A DNA stretch of 64,000 nucleotides from Candidatus Levybacteria bacterium RIFCSPLOWO2_02_FULL_37_18 (GTDB taxonomy: Bacteria; Patescibacteriota; Microgenomatia; Levybacterales; UBA12049), in the NCBI GenBank assembly GCA_001784115.1, contig MFPD01000019.1, forward strand, positions 30,244 through 94,243, written 5' to 3'. Positions 47,690 to 58,005 of this stretch are shown piece by piece (position 1 is the stretch's first letter; each line of letters opens with the position of its first letter). A model generated the notes under the pieces. The model ran no database searches and had not been told where the DNA came from. It worked only from the letters and a program-made list of their open reading frames with translations. A program made the position numbers and the translations under genes.

Positions 47690-48809
47690 AAACTTCCAAT
47701 GTCTTATACGTTAAATCTCTCCAGGAAAATTTTTTCACCAATAGTAAACCTTTCTTTTTTTGCGACTCTATTCTATCATCTTTTTTTAATACCCGCATGA
47801 AAACTCCACCAATGCTTGAAACATTTTTTGGATCAAAGTAAAAAGCTGCATCGCCAACTATTTCTCTATGAACCACGATATCTGATAACATCACCAAACA
47901 ATTATTACTCATTGCTTCTATGACTGGCAGGTCAAATCCCTCCATACGTGCTGGACTCACAAGCGCTTTTGCATTTTTATAAAGCTCTGCAAGCTCTCTG
48001 TCTGTAACATATCCATAAAAAATTAATGAGTGATCTATTCCATTTGAAATAACATATTTCTTTAATTTCCTATAAAAATAATCCTCTTTCCCAACCAAGA
48101 CAAGTTTGAGATCTTTATGAACTTTATGAACAAAATCTTGAACAAGTAACTGTTTAAACGCATCAATTAATCTAACTAAGTTCTTGTGTGGATACGCATT
48201 CCCAACGTAAAGAAAGTATGAACCTTTAGGTAATTGGTATTTATTTGAAATTTGAAATTTGAAATTTGAAATTTTTTTGTCTATTCCTTCATACGTCACA
48301 ACTATTTTTTCCGGATCAACTTTATAGTGATCAATTATCTCTTTTTTTGTTGCTTGCGATACGGTAATTATTTTTTGCGCTCTATTAATTGCATGGCTTA
48401 TCACATGCTTATATCCTAATCGTTTTAACTGATAAATCCCCAACGGAAGAGTCGATGCCTCTCCTGTATCAAAATGATTAATAATCAAATCATGAATGGT
48501 AACTACAAAACTCCCCTTGTAAAAAATAGGCACAGAAAAATAAGGAAAATGAACAAGATCAAGTGTTTCTTTGTTTAGAATTTTTGGAAATTGTATTTGT
48601 TCTTCAATCGTATGCCACCGAATGTTCGTTCGAACAACCTTGAACTTGTCATCCTGAACTTGATTCAGTATCTCTTGTTCATCCTTTTCCAAACAAAACA
48701 ATACATACTCATTCTTCTGACCAAGTTTATGCAGTTGACCAACAAGATTTCGAATATATCTTCCAACTCCGCTCTCATTCCACAATCTTACATCGATACC
48801 AATCCTCAT
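47658..48809 (-). CDS. Glycosyltransferase family 1 (GT4-type) with two in-frame repeat insertions
   Basis: 383-aa GT-B fold. It carries a heptamer-repeat peptide KKISNFKFQISNKYQ in the interdomain linker and a palindromic-element copy K encoding EQEILNQVQDDK near the N-terminus. Confidence 0.7.
   Translation of the reverse strand: MRIGIDVRLWNESGVGRYIRNLVGQLHKLGQKNEYVLFCLEKDEQEILNQVQDDKFKVVRTNIRWHTIEEQIQFPKILNKETLDLVHFPYFSVPIFYKGSFVVTIHDLIINHFDTGEASTLPLGIYQLKRLGYKHVISHAINRAQKIITVSQATKKEIIDHYKVDPEKIVVTYEGIDKKISNFKFQISNKYQLPKGSYFLYVGNAYPHKNLVRLIDAFKQLLVQDFVHKVHKDLKLVLVGKEDYFYRKLKKYVISNGIDHSLIFYGYVTDRELAELYKNAKALVSPARMEGFDLPVIEAMSNNCLVMLSDIVVHREIVGDAAFYFDPKNVSSIGGVFMRVLKKDDRIESQKKKGLLLVKKFSWRDLTYKTLEVYESCHRLRSG
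48244..48275. repeat. Tandem heptamer repeat (TTTGAAA)x4 in frame inside the GT4 gene 47658..48809
   Basis: tttgaaatttgaaatttgaaatttgaaattttttt, encoding ISNFKFQISN. Confidence 0.9.
48648..48672. repeat. Palindromic element, copy K (GTCATCCTGAACttgaTTCAGTATC), inside the GT4 coding sequence and in frame
   Basis: It is the same hairpin module as copies C, I and L. Confidence 0.6.
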
Positions 48810-49681
48810 AGTTTCTCCTTAATATCAATACCTTTGTGTACTAACCAACTAACAAATCTTGGATATTTTTTTTCATAGTGTTTTTTGTAAAAAATTCTCA
48901 TGGCATCAAATCGCGCTTTGGAAGCTCTATTTCTTGTTTCTTTATTTGCAGTTGTCCGATCTTTTGAAATATCTTTAATACCGCTTGATACACCTTTGTA
49001 GTGGAGTATTGATACATTGCTATAATAAAAAATCTTCCATCCTTTTTGTTTGAGTCTATAGCAAAAATCTAGGTCTTCTCCGTAAAAAAAATAATCCTCA
49101 TCCCACCACTTCACATCATCTCCTGCTTTTCTTCTAACGAGCATCACTGCCCCTCCACACGCGTCTATCTCATGGATAGTGGACAAGTCTTTCCATCCCA
49201 TTGTGTACCCACTGAATAATTTTGAATGTGGAAATAATTTTGTCAGACCCGAAAAATAACAAAATGAATTCCACGGCGTAGGAAAGCCTCTGTGGGACGC
49301 ATCATCTATTTCTCCATTTGGTAATTCAACTTTACAAGCAACTGCACCTACTTGAGTATGTTCATCAAGAAACCCAAGAAGCGTTTCTATTGATTTTTCT
49401 CTAACTAAAGTATCCGGATTTAGAAAAAGGATATAATTTCCCTTGGATTTCTTAATACCTATATTATTAGCTTTTGAAAACCCAAGGTTTTCTTTATTTT
49501 CTACTAAAATAACATCTTTAAATGAATTTCGTATCGTTTCCGCAGAACCATCACCTGACGCATTATCAACAACAATAATTTCTTTTTTTATTTTGTTCAA
49601 AATATTCTTTTCGATTGAATCGATACATTCTCTCAAAAAAATTTTGCTGTTATAGGAAACAATTAGTATTGAAATGTCCAT
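48806..49681 (-). CDS. Glycosyltransferase family 2
   Basis: 291 aa with ILIVSYNS ... VVDNASGDGS ... and the DxD region of a GT-A fold. Confidence 0.8.
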   Translation of the reverse strand: MDISILIVSYNSKIFLRECIDSIEKNILNKIKKEIIVVDNASGDGSAETIRNSFKDVILVENKENLGFSKANNIGIKKSKGNYILFLNPDTLVREKSIETLLGFLDEHTQVGAVACKVELPNGEIDDASHRGFPTPWNSFCYFSGLTKLFPHSKLFSGYTMGWKDLSTIHEIDACGGAVMLVRRKAGDDVKWWDEDYFFYGEDLDFCYRLKQKGWKIFYYSNVSILHYKGVSSGIKDISKDRTTANKETRNRASKARFDAMRIFYKKHYEKKYPRFVSWLVHKGIDIKEKL

Positions 49682-49682
49682 A

Positions 49683-50876
49683 TTAGCTAACTACAGAGTT
49701 ATATACTTCTTCTAATTTTTTAACGATAATTTTCCAATCATAATTCTCGGAAACTAACATTCTTGCTTTTTTTACCATTGTATTTTTTAACTCACTATTT
49801 TCTAAAACAGTTTTCATGTCCATTGCGAATGATTCGGGATCATCCGCAACCAGTACTTCTTTTCCGTTTTTTAATGTAATTCCCTCTATGCCAAGAGTCG
49901 TTGACACTACCGGAGTTCCGCTTGCCATTGCCTCCAATATTTTGTATCTCGAACCTCCACCAACACGAATCGGTGCAACGAGAAGTGAAGCTTTTTTGTA
50001 AATTTCTTCTGTTTTCTCGGAAGCATCTTCATCATAGAAAACACTTTCCGATGTGTTCAATTTTTTAATTGAGTTGGGAATATTTTTTCCAACAACCCAC
50101 AGTTTAGGTAAGGATTTATTTTCATAAACTTTGATAAATAACGGCCAAATTTCTTCTAGTAACCAGCTTACCGCGTCTTTATTTTGTACCCATTTAAAAT
50201 CTCCAATAAATAAAATCCTTATTTCTTCTGCTTGGGATTTCGATCCAGATGGCGATTTAATTTTGAATTTTTCAATATCAACTCCATTTGGCACAACGCT
50301 TACCTTGCTATTGTCCATAAATTTTTTTTCTTCCTCTGAAACCGCAACAAGATGACTTGCTCTTTTCCAGAAACGCTTTTCCCAAAATCTTAATTTTAGA
50401 ATATCCATATACAAAATTGGTTTTAAAAAAAACGGGGAACCGTTTGCATATTTTTTATAAACCAAATATTCAATATTATGCTCAACTAAAACAATAGGAA
50501 CCGTTGTTTGAGGTATATTTTGAAATACGTATGAAGTCTCCACATGTATAATATCAAACGTGCTATTTGCCAGTTGTTTTTTTATTGTTTTTTTCAAATC
50601 TTTGTTTGTGTGTCCTACCAGTAAAAATGGATACAATGAAAATCCTGATTTTAAAATATTCATAATACTCCATTGAGGAATTCTATCAACAGTAATAAGC
50701 TCAGAACACACCTTTTTAACTTCGTCTTCATCTTTTTTAGATTGATAATTTCTTTTCTCGCACACAAGAGTTATTGAGTGTTTTTTTGATAAAAGTTTTA
50801 GAAGATTATACAAACGAATGTGTCCACCTGAATAAAGCGGATACGGCAAATAAGATGATATCAGAAGTATATTCAT
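49683..50876 (-). CDS. Glycosyltransferase family 1 (GT4-type)
   Basis: 397-aa GT-B fold (GGSRYKILEAMASGTPVVST). Confidence 0.7.
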   Translation of the reverse strand: MNILLISSYLPYPLYSGGHIRLYNLLKLLSKKHSITLVCEKRNYQSKKDEDEVKKVCSELITVDRIPQWSIMNILKSGFSLYPFLLVGHTNKDLKKTIKKQLANSTFDIIHVETSYVFQNIPQTTVPIVLVEHNIEYLVYKKYANGSPFFLKPILYMDILKLRFWEKRFWKRASHLVAVSEEEKKFMDNSKVSVVPNGVDIEKFKIKSPSGSKSQAEEIRILFIGDFKWVQNKDAVSWLLEEIWPLFIKVYENKSLPKLWVVGKNIPNSIKKLNTSESVFYDEDASEKTEEIYKKASLLVAPIRVGGGSRYKILEAMASGTPVVSTTLGIEGITLKNGKEVLVADDPESFAMDMKTVLENSELKNTMVKKARMLVSENYDWKIIVKKLEEVYNSVVS

Positions 50877-50879
50877 AGC

Positions 50880-52304
50880 TTATCTTAATTTAAACAAAAT
50901 AAATTCTTTTGTTTTTGATACTATTTTGTATTGATTACCTAATTCTTCGTCTTTTTTTGTCGGATTTAAAAACACTAAATAATCTGCTCCCATTTTTATC
51001 ATATCAGGCAATGGTTTTTCAAAACTTGCCCATCCCCGCCTTTCTGTTTGATATAAAAAAGACGTATCGCCGTCATACGGCGCAATAATTTTAGCATCTT
51101 TTGGAATAAGCCTGTTTATAGCTCTACCTGCTATAACAATAGAGCGATTATTAATGTTAAAATAATCCTTAACCATTCTCCAACTTAAAAAAAATGAAAG
51201 AAAAATACAAACTCCAACAACTAGAACCACTGCAACTTTATGTATACATCGTTGTAAAAAAGAATATATAAAAACTGTTCCGATTCCCATATATATTGAA
51301 ACAGTAGGCATAATTAATATCTGATAATAATCATGTTGTACATTTCCTGTAGCAAAAATAAATATATACAACAGTGATGATAGGAGAAAAGAATAAAAAA
51401 ATATTCCTTTTTGCGGTTCCTTCTTATATGATATTCCGGCAAACAATATGATCATTCCAAGATACCCGCTTATAAGTTTTGTAATACGCTCAAAAAAAAT
51501 CCATCGAAAAAATGCAGGACGGAATCGAATTCCATTTCCATTTAATAGCCATTCATTTACGGGAATACCCTCAGGATATTGCATCATCCATTTTCTCCAA
51601 AATATAAGTGGCAGAACAGATAGAGTAAAAAATATCCACAATTGCCATTTCTTAAAAACTGCAAATCCAAACCGTTCATATGCAATGTAAATCATTGGCA
51701 GAACAAAAAAAACAGCATAAGGCTTTAACAATAAAGAAGCAGACGTAAACAAGAATGCAAGAATAAAATAACGCATCATTCCAAACGAAGAAATCCATAT
51801 ATCAAAAAAATATGTTCCGCCCAATATTGCTGTAACCATTGTAGAATCCGGCAGTATTGTTCGACCATAATAAATGTTATACGGAAGGTATGCAAAAAAA
51901 AATGCGCTTATAAAAGCAGTCTTAATATTTAATCTTCGTTTAACAATTAAAAAAATAAATAATGTTGATAAGAGGGATGAAAAAATAGTAACCAGTCTTC
52001 CCCACTGTTCAAGAGTAAAAAAATCAAACAGAGAAAAAAAACCTGCTTGAAAAAGATTATACAAAGGGAATTCTACAAACCGATATCCATGTGGATTATC
52101 AATACCGGAGGCAACATTTGAAAGATCGTCAAATTTTGGATGCAAAATGTCAAATCCATGCAAAACAAAATTTCTTGAAACAGCAGAAGTATCTGTTTGT
52201 CTCCAACTATGCCAGTCGGCAATCGGATTATCAAATCTATATAATCTAACAAAAAAAGCGCCAAGAAGAATAATGCTCAAAAGAATTTTTTCTTTGCTCG
52301 TCAT
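50880..52304 (-). CDS. Polytopic membrane glycosyltransferase of the GT-C fold (ArnT/PMT_2-like)
   Basis: 474 aa with ~11 predicted TM helices. The first loop carries NPIADWHSWRQTDTSAVSRNF. Confidence 0.55.
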   Translation of the reverse strand: MTSKEKILLSIILLGAFFVRLYRFDNPIADWHSWRQTDTSAVSRNFVLHGFDILHPKFDDLSNVASGIDNPHGYRFVEFPLYNLFQAGFFSLFDFFTLEQWGRLVTIFSSLLSTLFIFLIVKRRLNIKTAFISAFFFAYLPYNIYYGRTILPDSTMVTAILGGTYFFDIWISSFGMMRYFILAFLFTSASLLLKPYAVFFVLPMIYIAYERFGFAVFKKWQLWIFFTLSVLPLIFWRKWMMQYPEGIPVNEWLLNGNGIRFRPAFFRWIFFERITKLISGYLGMIILFAGISYKKEPQKGIFFYSFLLSSLLYIFIFATGNVQHDYYQILIMPTVSIYMGIGTVFIYSFLQRCIHKVAVVLVVGVCIFLSFFLSWRMVKDYFNINNRSIVIAGRAINRLIPKDAKIIAPYDGDTSFLYQTERRGWASFEKPLPDMIKMGADYLVFLNPTKKDEELGNQYKIVSKTKEFILFKLR

Positions 52305-55300
52305 TTAACTTTGAAGATTTTCTTCCTTTCTATAACCCTTCCTTCGCTATCAAACACAAATACCTTATCGTTTAGCGGGTTTACTACCCTATCAAATGCC
52401 TGATCGAGTGAAGAAGTTTGAAAAACATTGATGTGTGAATTTCTAAATGAAAACCATACAGCGTCTTTTAACCCAACTGGAAAAATCCATGCCTGTCGAT
52501 AACGAATCGGTACATTTACAAAATATAGATTTATTGGTTCTGTTGCCCAATAATTTGAATAAGCTGAGTCAATTGTGACAAGAAAATTTTTTACTTTGTC
52601 ACCTGCTTCAGACCAATCTGTATGTATTTGCTGAAGTTGCATAATATGTAAAACAGCAAACATGGAAATAAATACCGTTAAACCTAAATATGCTATATCT
52701 TTTCCGCTATTTTTTAATAACCCAAATAAACTTTTAAATGCATGCACTAAAACTAATACTTCTCCCATCGATGCCAAATAGCTGTATCTATAACTAATAT
52801 TTCCAAGACCTAAAAATGGAAGTAATGCAATAATAAAAAAACCAAATCCAAAACAGACAATTTTTCTATCGTCTTGATTAATTTTATTCATTACAAATCG
52901 AAAACTTAAGAATAAGAAATATCCCGTAATCAAAATAATTATTGCTGAAATAAAAAAATGATTCTTAGAAATAGCTCGGAAACTTTGAAACACAGGCAAA
53001 GATAGCGATCCAAGTATGTTTAATAAAAAATAACTTATTGAGTTTGCGACAAAGTTGAAAGGAAGTTTAAAAACGTTATAACTATAATCTCCATTAAACC
53101 AATGACTATCTGCTACAAAACGTATCAATAGGTAAAATGGAATTATTGCAGATAAAATTTTTAAACTTTTTTCTCTTACCGTATCTTTTAAGCTGTAATT
53201 TTTTTCAAAAATCAATATATATAATCCAATAAGGATTGGTGTTATAATACCTAGTTCATGAAACAAAAGACCCAATACCAAAGATACTATCGATAAAACA
53301 AATAACGAATTTTTATGATTTTCTCTCCAGGTAATAAAAATAAGTAAGCTAGAAATTGAAAATAACGAAGTAAACAAAAATCCGGTTGCTGAAATCCAAA
53401 AAACAGTTTCAGAATATCCGCTTAAAATTAAAAACAAAATAGATGAAAACATTGCAATTTTGTAGTCCTTCAACAATTTTTTAACAAGAAAAAAGAATAC
53501 AACGGAAACAAGACAATGAAGAATAAGAGAAACAATATGATACATTGTTTGATTTAGCCAAAACATTTGATACATTGCTAGAAAATATAATTTTGCACCT
53601 GGTCTGTAGAAAAATCCGTCTGAAGAAATGAAATAACGAAATAGATTACTATCATTAGAAACCCATTTTAACCAGGTAAAATCATCACCAATAAAGTAAT
53701 TATTAATCATTTTTGAATAAAGCGTTACACAGATAACCACCAAGTACAAAACACTACTAAAGGAAGATGTTAAAAATTGTTTGATTTCTTGGTATAAATT
53801 TATTTCCCTTTCTTGAAATAAGTGAAGTATTCCAACTGTTATACCCATAAGCAACCATAACATAAAAGCAACTTTTGAAGCTTCAAAAACATCGATGAGC
53901 GTTGCGTTTAAAGCCAATCCAATAACCCCAGACAAAAAACCTAAAACAAAACTTTTTGCAACAGGAGAAGTAATACTTGGTAAAAGTTTTTTAAGGTAAA
54001 TCCCAAAGATTAAAAATATCCCAAAAAAGGAAATAAATCCAAGTATTCCTGTTTCACCTAAAATTCGAAGATAATTATTGTCTACTGCAAGGCTTACCGA
54101 AGAATATCCGCTGCCCAAAAAAATATTTCTTTGAAATGCGGAAATTGCCTCCGGCCATTGTCCCTGGAAACGAGTTGTAAAAGAAAGATCGTATGCTGTT
54201 GCTTTTTTTATCAAAAAATCTCCATGAAACATAAAAGTATCTGCTGTTAGATTTTTTTGTTGGACAGGTCTGTCATAAAAAAACTCTCCTACGTGACTGG
54301 CTACCGGAGAAAGAAGGAGATTTATGTATCCGGTTCCGTGTGGAAGATTTTCTCCCGTCGAAGTATTCGGAGGAGAAAGCAAATTAACTGTAGGAGAAAG
54401 AACAGAAATTGGAACAATAGCAGAGGCTGGCGGAAACACTTTAGAATCTTCTTTCTTTCCTTCAACAAGCTGGGATTTGTCTGAGTAAAATCTTCTTTGA
54501 ATAATCTTATTTTCAAAATAAGTAGAGGGAACTTCATGTATTTCGCCAATTTCCTGACCGGTTTTTGCATCTACTAAGACGGTAATTTCTTTTAACGTAC
54601 TGTTAAATCGCTCAAGCAGCCTAGACGAAAAACTCATCATAAATATTCCAACGATTACCACAACCGGAATAAGGAAAATAAGCATTTTTTTCTTTTGAAA
54701 CAAAACAACTAAAAATAACGATAACAATAAAACGAAAAAAGACACCCGCGATATAGTCATATAAAGCGCAATAAAACCAAAAAAAACCGACAGCACAATA
54801 ATGAGTTTTCCAATCCGGTTTTTAAGTCCAAACAGTAAGCTGACAAGAATCGGGATTACCAATACTAAATACGCTGCAAAATCATAATGCCCTCCGAATG
54901 TTGATGGAACGCGAGATAATCGTGAAAGGTGTATCGGTATCCCTTTGGCAAATTCTTCATTCATGGTTAAAAATGCCGGAAACCCAATATATTTTTGCCC
55001 AATACCATATAAAGAAACCGTCAAAAGCGTTATTGACAAAACGCCAATAACAAACGGCAGCATGGATTTTTGCCTAAAAGAAGCGAATGCGAGAAAAAAT
55101 AAGCTAAGATATTCAATGTGCCTTAGAAAACTCAAAAAAGCTATGTTTGGAAATACCTTGGAAATAAATGGAAAAACAAAAAGCATCGCATGAATTGTAG
55201 TTACCGCACCTACAATCCAAAACGCAAAGATTGGTATCGTTAACGGTGTTTTTAAAGAAATCTTTCGTTTAAAAAGAAGTAAAAACCAAACCGAAAGCAC

Positions 55301-55450
55301 ACACACGACAAGAAAATCTTCTATTCTCACATATACCCATGTGTTTTTAATATCAATCAAAGGAAGTTTCGGATACAAAGGAATAAATGCCAATAAAAAA
55401 AGGGTAAAAACAAAAAGGATATTTTCTAAAATCCACTTAAATGGTTTCAT
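52301..55450 (-). CDS. Very large polytopic membrane protein (two polytopic domains; O-antigen-ligase/Wzy-like N-part plus a GT-C-like C-part)
   Basis: 1049-aa ORF with >20 predicted TM segments. The central GSGYSSVSLAVDNNYLRILGETGILGF is compatible with the Wzy_C region. The call is uncertain. Confidence 0.4.
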   Translation of the reverse strand: MKPFKWILENILFVFTLFLLAFIPLYPKLPLIDIKNTWVYVRIEDFLVVCVLSVWFLLLFKRKISLKTPLTIPIFAFWIVGAVTTIHAMLFVFPFISKVFPNIAFLSFLRHIEYLSLFFLAFASFRQKSMLPFVIGVLSITLLTVSLYGIGQKYIGFPAFLTMNEEFAKGIPIHLSRLSRVPSTFGGHYDFAAYLVLVIPILVSLLFGLKNRIGKLIIVLSVFFGFIALYMTISRVSFFVLLLSLFLVVLFQKKKMLIFLIPVVVIVGIFMMSFSSRLLERFNSTLKEITVLVDAKTGQEIGEIHEVPSTYFENKIIQRRFYSDKSQLVEGKKEDSKVFPPASAIVPISVLSPTVNLLSPPNTSTGENLPHGTGYINLLLSPVASHVGEFFYDRPVQQKNLTADTFMFHGDFLIKKATAYDLSFTTRFQGQWPEAISAFQRNIFLGSGYSSVSLAVDNNYLRILGETGILGFISFFGIFLIFGIYLKKLLPSITSPVAKSFVLGFLSGVIGLALNATLIDVFEASKVAFMLWLLMGITVGILHLFQEREINLYQEIKQFLTSSFSSVLYLVVICVTLYSKMINNYFIGDDFTWLKWVSNDSNLFRYFISSDGFFYRPGAKLYFLAMYQMFWLNQTMYHIVSLILHCLVSVVFFFLVKKLLKDYKIAMFSSILFLILSGYSETVFWISATGFLFTSLFSISSLLIFITWRENHKNSLFVLSIVSLVLGLLFHELGIITPILIGLYILIFEKNYSLKDTVREKSLKILSAIIPFYLLIRFVADSHWFNGDYSYNVFKLPFNFVANSISYFLLNILGSLSLPVFQSFRAISKNHFFISAIIILITGYFLFLSFRFVMNKINQDDRKIVCFGFGFFIIALLPFLGLGNISYRYSYLASMGEVLVLVHAFKSLFGLLKNSGKDIAYLGLTVFISMFAVLHIMQLQQIHTDWSEAGDKVKNFLVTIDSAYSNYWATEPINLYFVNVPIRYRQAWIFPVGLKDAVWFSFRNSHINVFQTSSLDQAFDRVVNPLNDKVFVFDSEGRVIERKKIFKVK

Positions 55451-56265
55451 AGAGTCGAAAGAAATGCCTGTTTATATGTTTTTAGTAAATAGTTATTCCC
55501 CGTTATGGCCCCAATTATAATTGCCGCAAGTGCCTTTAGCATAAGTAATAACCTCAACACAGTATATTCTACGCTGCTTTTGTGCTTTTTGTAAAAATAT
55601 TGTATTCCTTTATATATTTGAATAATCGCAAATGACCTGCTTGAACTTCCCTGACCAAGATGAATCACTTGACTTTCTGGTAAAAAAAATATTTTATACC
55701 CTAATTTTTTTATTCTAAAACAAAGTTCCATATCTTCAGCATACATAAAAAAATGTTCGTCAAATCCATTAATTTCCTTAAAAAGATCGCCTCTTGTAAG
55801 AAAAAAAGATCCTTCTACCCAATCAACTTCTTGTTTAATTTTCGGAACAAAATGATTTTCCAAAAAAACATGCAGTAAAGAGTAAAAATGTCCGGCCGAT
55901 TTTCCGCCGACTACTCCTACATCATTTCTATTATTCAAAAAATTCACCATTATATGAATTGTTGAGCTATCGTTAATAACAGCATCTGAATTTAAAAAAA
56001 GTAAAAACTCTCCATTTGCTTTTTTTGATCCAATATTATTTCCTTTACCAAAACCAACATTTTCACTGTTTTCTATAACCAATATTTTCTTGTATATTTT
56101 TTTAAAAAACCCAACCGTAGCATCGGAAGAATTATTGTCAACGACTATAACCTCAAACTTATTATCTTCTATTTCTTTTTTGTAATATTTAAAAAGTGAA
56201 TCAAGACATTGTATTGTTAAATCTTTCGTGTTAAAAGTAACGATTATAATAGAAAGCGTGATCAT
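55447..56265 (-). CDS. Glycosyltransferase family 2
   Basis: 272 aa with IIIVTFNT ... VVDNNSSD ... YAEDMELCFR. Confidence 0.8.
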   Translation of the reverse strand: MITLSIIIVTFNTKDLTIQCLDSLFKYYKKEIEDNKFEVIVVDNNSSDATVGFFKKIYKKILVIENSENVGFGKGNNIGSKKANGEFLLFLNSDAVINDSSTIHIMVNFLNNRNDVGVVGGKSAGHFYSLLHVFLENHFVPKIKQEVDWVEGSFFLTRGDLFKEINGFDEHFFMYAEDMELCFRIKKLGYKIFFLPESQVIHLGQGSSSRSFAIIQIYKGIQYFYKKHKSSVEYTVLRLLLMLKALAAIIIGAITGNNYLLKTYKQAFLSTL

Positions 56266-56271
56266 GAAAAA

Positions 56272-56841
56272 TTATCGAAACCATGCGGCCCTGCCTAATG
56301 TATATGACAAGTCAGAAACAGTCCTTTTTTCAATTACTTTTGCCGGAACTCCTCCAACTATATCCATTGATTCAACATTTTTGGTAACTATTGCCCCTGC
56401 TGCAACTATACAACCTCTTCCGAGTGTTACTCCAGGAAGAATGATGCTTCGTGGACCAATGAATACGTAATCCTCCACAACAACTGGTGCGTGTATTGGA
56501 GTAAAATTAGGATTTTGTATATCATGTTCGGAATTATAAATCATTGCCTCGGTTGCAATGGCAACATGACTTCCAATTGAAAGCCTGTCTCGTCCGTCTA
56601 AAGCAGTCCCTTCGCCTACAATCGTGTCATTCCCAATTACAATGTTATGAGAATTATAAAATCGTACACCCATGTGAATGGTAGTACCTTTGCCAATTTT
56701 TACGCCACTTAATCTATAAAAAAATCTTCTGATAAAATGAGATGGAATATTTCCCACAAAACTGTTGAGAAAAAACATTTCTAATTCCAAAAATATTGTC
56801 CATATTCTTCTTTTTACTTTATTTAAAATTGAATCATTCAT
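56272..56841 (-). CDS. Hexapeptide-repeat (LbH) O-acetyltransferase (WbbJ / maltose acetyltransferase-like)
   Basis: 189 aa with hexapeptide repeats (IGNDTIVGEGTALDG ... IGPRSIILPGVTLGRGCIVAAGAIV). Confidence 0.75.
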   Translation of the reverse strand: MNDSILNKVKRRIWTIFLELEMFFLNSFVGNIPSHFIRRFFYRLSGVKIGKGTTIHMGVRFYNSHNIVIGNDTIVGEGTALDGRDRLSIGSHVAIATEAMIYNSEHDIQNPNFTPIHAPVVVEDYVFIGPRSIILPGVTLGRGCIVAAGAIVTKNVESMDIVGGVPAKVIEKRTVSDLSYTLGRAAWFR

Positions 56842-56842
56842 A

Positions 56843-57985
56843 TTATTTTTCTTCTACAATCTGCTCCAAAACAGTAAGTGTAAGACGTGCGGTTTTTTCC
56901 CAACTAAATTTTTCTACTTGAATTTTTCCTTTTTCTATTAGCTCTGATCTAAGTTTTACATTGTTAAGCAACAATGCCATTTTTTCTTTTATATCCTGAG
57001 TATCTAATGGATTAACATACAAGGCTGCGTTTCCTCCTGCTTCCGGAAGACTGCTAACATTGCTGGTTATGACCGGACAACTATATTTCATCGCTTCCAA
57101 AACAGGTAAACCAAAACCTTCATACAAACTGGGAAGAACAAAAAATAATGCGTTTTTATAAAGTTGGGCTAATTCTTTATCCGTTGCAAAATCCAAAAAC
57201 TTAACACTTTGTTCTACGTTAAATTTTCTAGGAGCATCCAAAATTTCTTCATATAACCATCCCTTTTTACCAACAATCACAAGATCAATATCTTTTTTAT
57301 CCAAGAGAGAAAACGCCTCGATGAGTCTAACAATATTTTTCCTCGGCTGAAGCGTCCCCACGAATAAAATGTAGTTTTTTTTTATATTAAATCTCTCCTG
57401 TAAAACTTTTGACTTTTGCATTGTAATTTTGAATTTTGAATTTTGAATTTTGAATTTAATTCCCGGGTATGTTACCACTACTTTATCTTCTAAAACCCCG
57501 TACTGTTTGATTATATCACCTTTACTTGCGTTGCTTATAGTAAAGATCTTTTTAGCCTTTTTCACCGAATAACGAGTCCAATTTTTAAGCTGAAATAAGT
57601 CAGATTGTTTAAAAAGCTCCGGAAAATGCAGAAAAGACAAGTCCATCACAGATATTGCACAAGGAACAGGGGAAAATCTGGGAGCATAATGTGTGGGTGT
57701 AAAAAAAACATCAGAACGTGGAGAGTGAAGAAACAAATCAATTGGCAATCCAATCTGCGTCCACAATTTCTTAGGTCCAACGATTCGATACTTCCATCCT
57801 GGCCTTTCCTTTGGTAAATCATTAATTGGTTTGTTCTTTACATATATTATGAATTGGAAATTGGAAATTGGAAATTGGAAATTTTCGAATTGTTTTATCA
57901 ATTCGAATGCGTATTCTCCAATTCCTACTCTTTGACTTTCATTTGCTTCATTTCCATCGATACCTATTATCATAGTGAGTGTCAT
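56843..57985 (-). CDS. Glycosyltransferase family 1 (GT4-type) with two in-frame heptamer-repeat insertions
   Basis: 380-aa GT-B fold. It carries NFQFPISNFQF in the N-terminal domain and KFKIQNSKFKI after YPGI in the interdomain linker. The track ATG lies inside palindromic element L, so an internal start at ~57973 (MIIGIDG) is possible. Confidence 0.7.
   Translation of the reverse strand: MTLTMIIGIDGNEANESQRVGIGEYAFELIKQFENFQFPISNFQFIIYVKNKPINDLPKERPGWKYRIVGPKKLWTQIGLPIDLFLHSPRSDVFFTPTHYAPRFSPVPCAISVMDLSFLHFPELFKQSDLFQLKNWTRYSVKKAKKIFTISNASKGDIIKQYGVLEDKVVVTYPGIKFKIQNSKFKITMQKSKVLQERFNIKKNYILFVGTLQPRKNIVRLIEAFSLLDKKDIDLVIVGKKGWLYEEILDAPRKFNVEQSVKFLDFATDKELAQLYKNALFFVLPSLYEGFGLPVLEAMKYSCPVITSNVSSLPEAGGNAALYVNPLDTQDIKEKMALLLNNVKLRSELIEKGKIQVEKFSWEKTARLTLTVLEQIVEEK
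57424..57458. repeat. Tandem heptamer repeat (GAATTTT)x~5 in frame inside the GT4 gene 56843..57985 (linker)
   Basis: taattttgaattttgaattttgaattttgaattta, encoding KFKIQNSKFKI. Confidence 0.9.
57851..57885. repeat. Tandem heptamer repeat (GAATTGG/AAATTGG)x5 in frame inside the GT4 gene 56843..57985 (N-domain)
   Basis: gaattggaaattggaaattggaaattggaaatttt, encoding NFQFPISNFQF. Confidence 0.9.
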
Positions 57986-58005
57986 TCTGAACTCGTTTCA
58001 GAATC
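57981..58005. repeat. Palindromic element, copy L (GTCATTCTGAACtcgTTTCAGAATC)
   Basis: It sits exactly at the junction between the truncated GT4 paralog and the full GT4 gene. Confidence 0.6.
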
